The translations under genes were made by a program, and so were the position numbers. DNA of 20,000 bases from the IMG/VR virus record IMGVR_UViG_3300050335_000078, one strand, 5' to 3'. The notes below the pieces were generated by a model, which saw nothing but the letters and a program-made list of their open reading frames with translations, did not search any database and was not told the DNA's origin. Below are positions 17,229 to 20,000 of the stretch, piece by piece. How positions within the stretch are numbered: position 1 is the stretch's first letter; each line of letters begins with the position of its first letter. The stretch comes from an uncultured virus (IMG/VR IMGVR_UViG_3300050335_000078) (lineage: Duplodnaviria > Heunggongvirae > Uroviricota > Caudoviricetes).

Positions 17229-18803
17229 ATGGAAGAAAAAATGACTGTTACACTACTTCCGGCAAGGAAAAAGGCCGGTTTTGCAAAAAAGGATGAGGAA
17301 AAGCCAAAGCTCCGTGTTGCCGCCTACTGCCGCGTTTCCACAGACAGCGACGAGCAGGCCACCAGCTATGACGCACAGATTGAGCATTACACGGCATACA
17401 TCGGCAGCCATCCAGACTGGGAACTGGCTGGCATTTATGCTGACGATGGTATCTCCGGCACTAATACCAAAAAGCGTGAAGAGTTCAACCGCATGATTGA
17501 CGAATGTATGGCGGGTAATATTGACAAGGTAATTACCAAGTCGATAAGCCGATTTGCGCGGAACACAGTGGATTGTTTGAATTATATCAGAAAGCTGAAA
17601 GAAAAAAACATCCCGGTATATTTCGAGAAGGAGAACATTGATAGCATGGATTCGAAGGGCGAGGTCATGCTTACGATTATGGCCTCCCTCGCCCAGCAAG
17701 AAAGCCAGTCCCTCAGCCAGAACGTGAAGCTGGGTTTTCAATACCGCTACCAGCAAGGTGAAATCCAGGTCAACTGCAAATGGTTCCTCGGTTATACCAA
17801 AGATGAAAACAAGAAGCTGGTCATTGTCCCCGAGGAAGCAGAAACCGTAAGGCGCATCTACCGGGAATACCTTGAGGGAGCCAGTATACTGAAGATTGCC
17901 CGTGGTCTGGAAGCGGACGGCATCCTAAACGGTGCCGGAAAGGATAAATGGCATACAAGTAACATTAATTCGATTCTTCGCAACGAGAAGTACATCGGCG
18001 ACGCCCTTTTGCAGAAAACCTACACCGTTGATTTCCTCACGAAAAAGCGAGTTAAGAACAACGGCCTTATGCCCCAGTACTATGTGGAAAACAGCCATGA
18101 GCCAATTATTCCTCGCGAGATTTTCATGCAGGTGCAGGAGGAACTAGTGCGGCGGCGCTGCGTTCATACCAGCAAGAACGGAAACAAGCGCAGCTTTAGC
18201 AGCACCCACTGCTTTTCTCAGATAATTATCTGCGGAAACTGCGGTGAGGTGTTCCGCAGAGTCCATTGGAATAACCATGGGAAGAAATCAATCGTTTGGC
18301 GGTGTGTCAGTCGCCTTGAAAACACCGGCTTATTCTGTGATGCCCGTACGGTACCGGAAGGCACCATCGAGCAAGTGATAGTCTCCGCAATTAATGATAC
18401 GCTGGGCGGAAAGGATGATTTTCTTGCCATCCTTCAGAACAACATTGAAACTGTTCTTAGCCGTGGAAGCGACCATACCCTCGCCGATATTGACAAAAGG
18501 TTAGGGGAACTGCAAACCGAGCTTTTAAAGCTGGCCAGTTCCAAGGCTGACTATGAGGATGTCGCCGACGAAATCTACCGTTTGCGTGAACAGAAGCAAA
18601 ATGTACAGCTGGAAAGCGCCGGGCGGGATGAAGTAAGAAAACGCATTACTGACATGAGCGCGTTTCTGCGGGAACAGCCCACAGCTATCACCGAGTATGA
18701 TGAGCCGCTTGTTCGGCGGCTGATTGAAAAGGTAACTGTTTTCGAGGACAGGTTTACCGTTGAATTCAAGTCCGGAGTGACGGTGAATGTAAGTACCCCT
18801 TAA
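17229..18803 (+). CDS. Large serine recombinase 2
   Basis: [36 protein letters not shown] and CGNC...WRC...C zinc ribbon; ends VEFKSGVTV. Confidence 0.95.
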   Translation: MEEKMTVTLLPARKKAGFAKKDEEKPKLRVAAYCRVSTDSDEQATSYDAQIEHYTAYIGSHPDWELAGIYADDGISGTNTKKREEFNRMIDECMAGNIDKVITKSISRFARNTVDCLNYIRKLKEKNIPVYFEKENIDSMDSKGEVMLTIMASLAQQESQSLSQNVKLGFQYRYQQGEIQVNCKWFLGYTKDENKKLVIVPEEAETVRRIYREYLEGASILKIARGLEADGILNGAGKDKWHTSNINSILRNEKYIGDALLQKTYTVDFLTKKRVKNNGLMPQYYVENSHEPIIPREIFMQVQEELVRRRCVHTSKNGNKRSFSSTHCFSQIIICGNCGEVFRRVHWNNHGKKSIVWRCVSRLENTGLFCDARTVPEGTIEQVIVSAINDTLGGKDDFLAILQNNIETVLSRGSDHTLADIDKRLGELQTELLKLASSKADYEDVADEIYRLREQKQNVQLESAGRDEVRKRITDMSAFLREQPTAITEYDEPLVRRLIEKVTVFEDRFTVEFKSGVTVNVSTP

Positions 18804-19368
18804 AGTTCCGTATTGCAACCACCTGATCCAGCCTCATCTCCCAAAAGGTTGCTTGCACATACTTTCCACGGCATTCCCAGGCACTTTCATACGGCGGTGA
18901 TACATTGAAGATCTTTTCCCAGGATTTTATCTTGACTGCCGCTTGTTCAGTCGGGGGGAGATTGTCAAACCATGCGTCATCTTTCTTCATTTCCTGCTCA
19001 TCAGCGTAATCTCCGTAATATGCGTTGTTCAATACGATATGCCACGAATCTTCATTACTAAGCAAAACCATATTGTCTGGAATCTCTATCTCTATACAAA
19101 CCTGTTTGCCCTCGTGTGCACGGAATTCCGTGCGGCGCAGGTCAGGTTTTCGGTGGCGCCATTCAATTGTATGCCATGCCCAAAATGGATAAATTGCCCC
19201 GTTAGGAGGGGGCCCCACACGTATTTTCATTTGTTCAGCAAGCCAGTCATAAGCCGGACTAAAACCGCATTCGGTAACCCATACTGACTGTGCAGGGTCA
19301 CAATGCACAACTTTTTCAGTTTCTAGCTTTTCATACAGTTTCTTCGGCTGTATAGTCCATAAACGCAC
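18766..19368 (-). CDS. DUF3841-like protein
   Basis: [32 protein letters not shown]...WHIVLN, SWEKIF and VQATFW match the family as I recall it; GAGGT RBS. Confidence 0.75.
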   Translation of the reverse strand: MRLWTIQPKKLYEKLETEKVVHCDPAQSVWVTECGFSPAYDWLAEQMKIRVGPPPNGAIYPFWAWHTIEWRHRKPDLRRTEFRAHEGKQVCIEIEIPDNMVLLSNEDSWHIVLNNAYYGDYADEQEMKKDDAWFDNLPPTEQAAVKIKSWEKIFNVSPPYESAWECRGKYVQATFWEMRLDQVVAIRNFKGYLHSPSLRT

Positions 19369-19417
19369 TATCTTACCTCGTACGTCTGGGGCAGTCGCCC
19401 TTTAATTTTATACTTGC

Positions 19418-19871
19418 TTATTTTGGGGTGGTGTTTATGAAACCCCCAGCTGCTTTATCGTACTGCCAGGTTGTCTTTGTGGTTATTTGCTTAGCGAAGG
19501 GATTTCCGTTGAACAAATGACCAATAGGGCCTGCAATACTTTCTTCTTCTCCGTTTGGCATCACAAAGAAGTATTCCTCTCTTTTAACACTTTTCCCCTT
19601 GGTAACCTTTACATACAGTATAGGCAATGTAAATATTTTATTTAAAAAATCTATTACACTAGCGGCATATTCCTCATTGTTTTCAAACTTAGATGAATCA
19701 TAATCAAAATGGTCGTGATTGGTGAAATAAAAGACGATAATCTCATTATCAAAAACCTCAAACCCTACATTATGACGTTCGTTAATGGTGACTAAATCGG
19801 ATTCATAGGTTCTGCCTTGATAATCCTTGTTTTGGATTAAAACAGAAACAGTGCTTAAATCGCAAACAGGT
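19418..19871 (-). pseudogene. Hypothetical protein, probably 5'-truncated by the IS insertion
   Basis: AT-rich open frame of ~150 codons. The track's TTG start (19885) lies inside the putative IS end and has no RBS. Confidence 0.55.
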
Positions 19872-20000
19872 TGAAGGGACGTCAACTATTTTGTAGACAA
19901 TTTGCTAAGCTACTCTATCCGACCTGCCTTTTTTCTTTGCTTTCAATGATTTGAGATATTCTTTCGGTGACATATACCCGAGTCTCTTCTGGATTCTCTT
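19872..20000 (-). mobile_element. IS3-family insertion sequence, right end (continues beyond the window)
   Basis: Terminus TGAAGGGACGTCAACTATTTTGTAGACA (TG...GTCAA...GTAGACA) resembles IS3-family inverted repeats and lies just downstream of a transposase-like C-terminus. Confidence 0.72.
19905..20000 (-). CDS. IS3-family transposase (OrfB) C-terminal fragment
   Basis: Hand translation KRIQKRLGYMSPKEYLKSLKAKKKGRSDRVA* contains the R....LGY.SP.EY tail typical of IS3 integrase-core proteins; absent from the ORF track. Confidence 0.75.
   Translation of the reverse strand, partial: KRIQKRLGYMSPKEYLKSLKAKKKGRSDRVA

Larger units (their letters stand above)
1..18803 (+). mobile_element. Prophage (siphovirus-type, HK97-like head), packaging to recombination module; left part lies outside the window
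   Basis: Contiguous co-oriented terminase-portal-protease-capsid-connector-tail-lysis gene order, followed by serine recombinases. The right boundary is inferred from the strand switch and convergent overlap at ~18766-18803. Confidence 0.93.

Overview
Right-hand ~19 kb of a temperate siphovirus-type prophage, most likely from a Firmicutes (Clostridia-like) host. The + strand runs: terminase large subunit (partial), HK97-type portal, ClpP-like protease, HK97-fold capsid, head-fibre-like gene, connector genes, major tail protein, tail assembly chaperone, tape measure, tail-tip genes, and a holin-like/NlpC-P60+LysM endolysin/holin lysis cassette ending in an intrinsic terminator. The chaperone has a -1 frameshift extension that the ORF track misses. 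Next comes a - strand XRE regulator with a near-consensus sigma-A promoter overlapped by two palindromic operators. A duplicated ~75-nt structured leader motif then precedes a four-gene recombination cassette: a small helical protein, a large serine recombinase, a recombinase-domain-only protein and a second large serine recombinase. The element probably ends near 18790-18803, where the last recombinase overlaps a convergent DUF3841-like gene. Beyond that lie an AT-richer hypothetical gene whose 5' end appears cut by an IS3-family element, and the IS end plus transposase C-terminus at the window edge. All assignments come from motif recognition and gene order by eye; no database searches were run.
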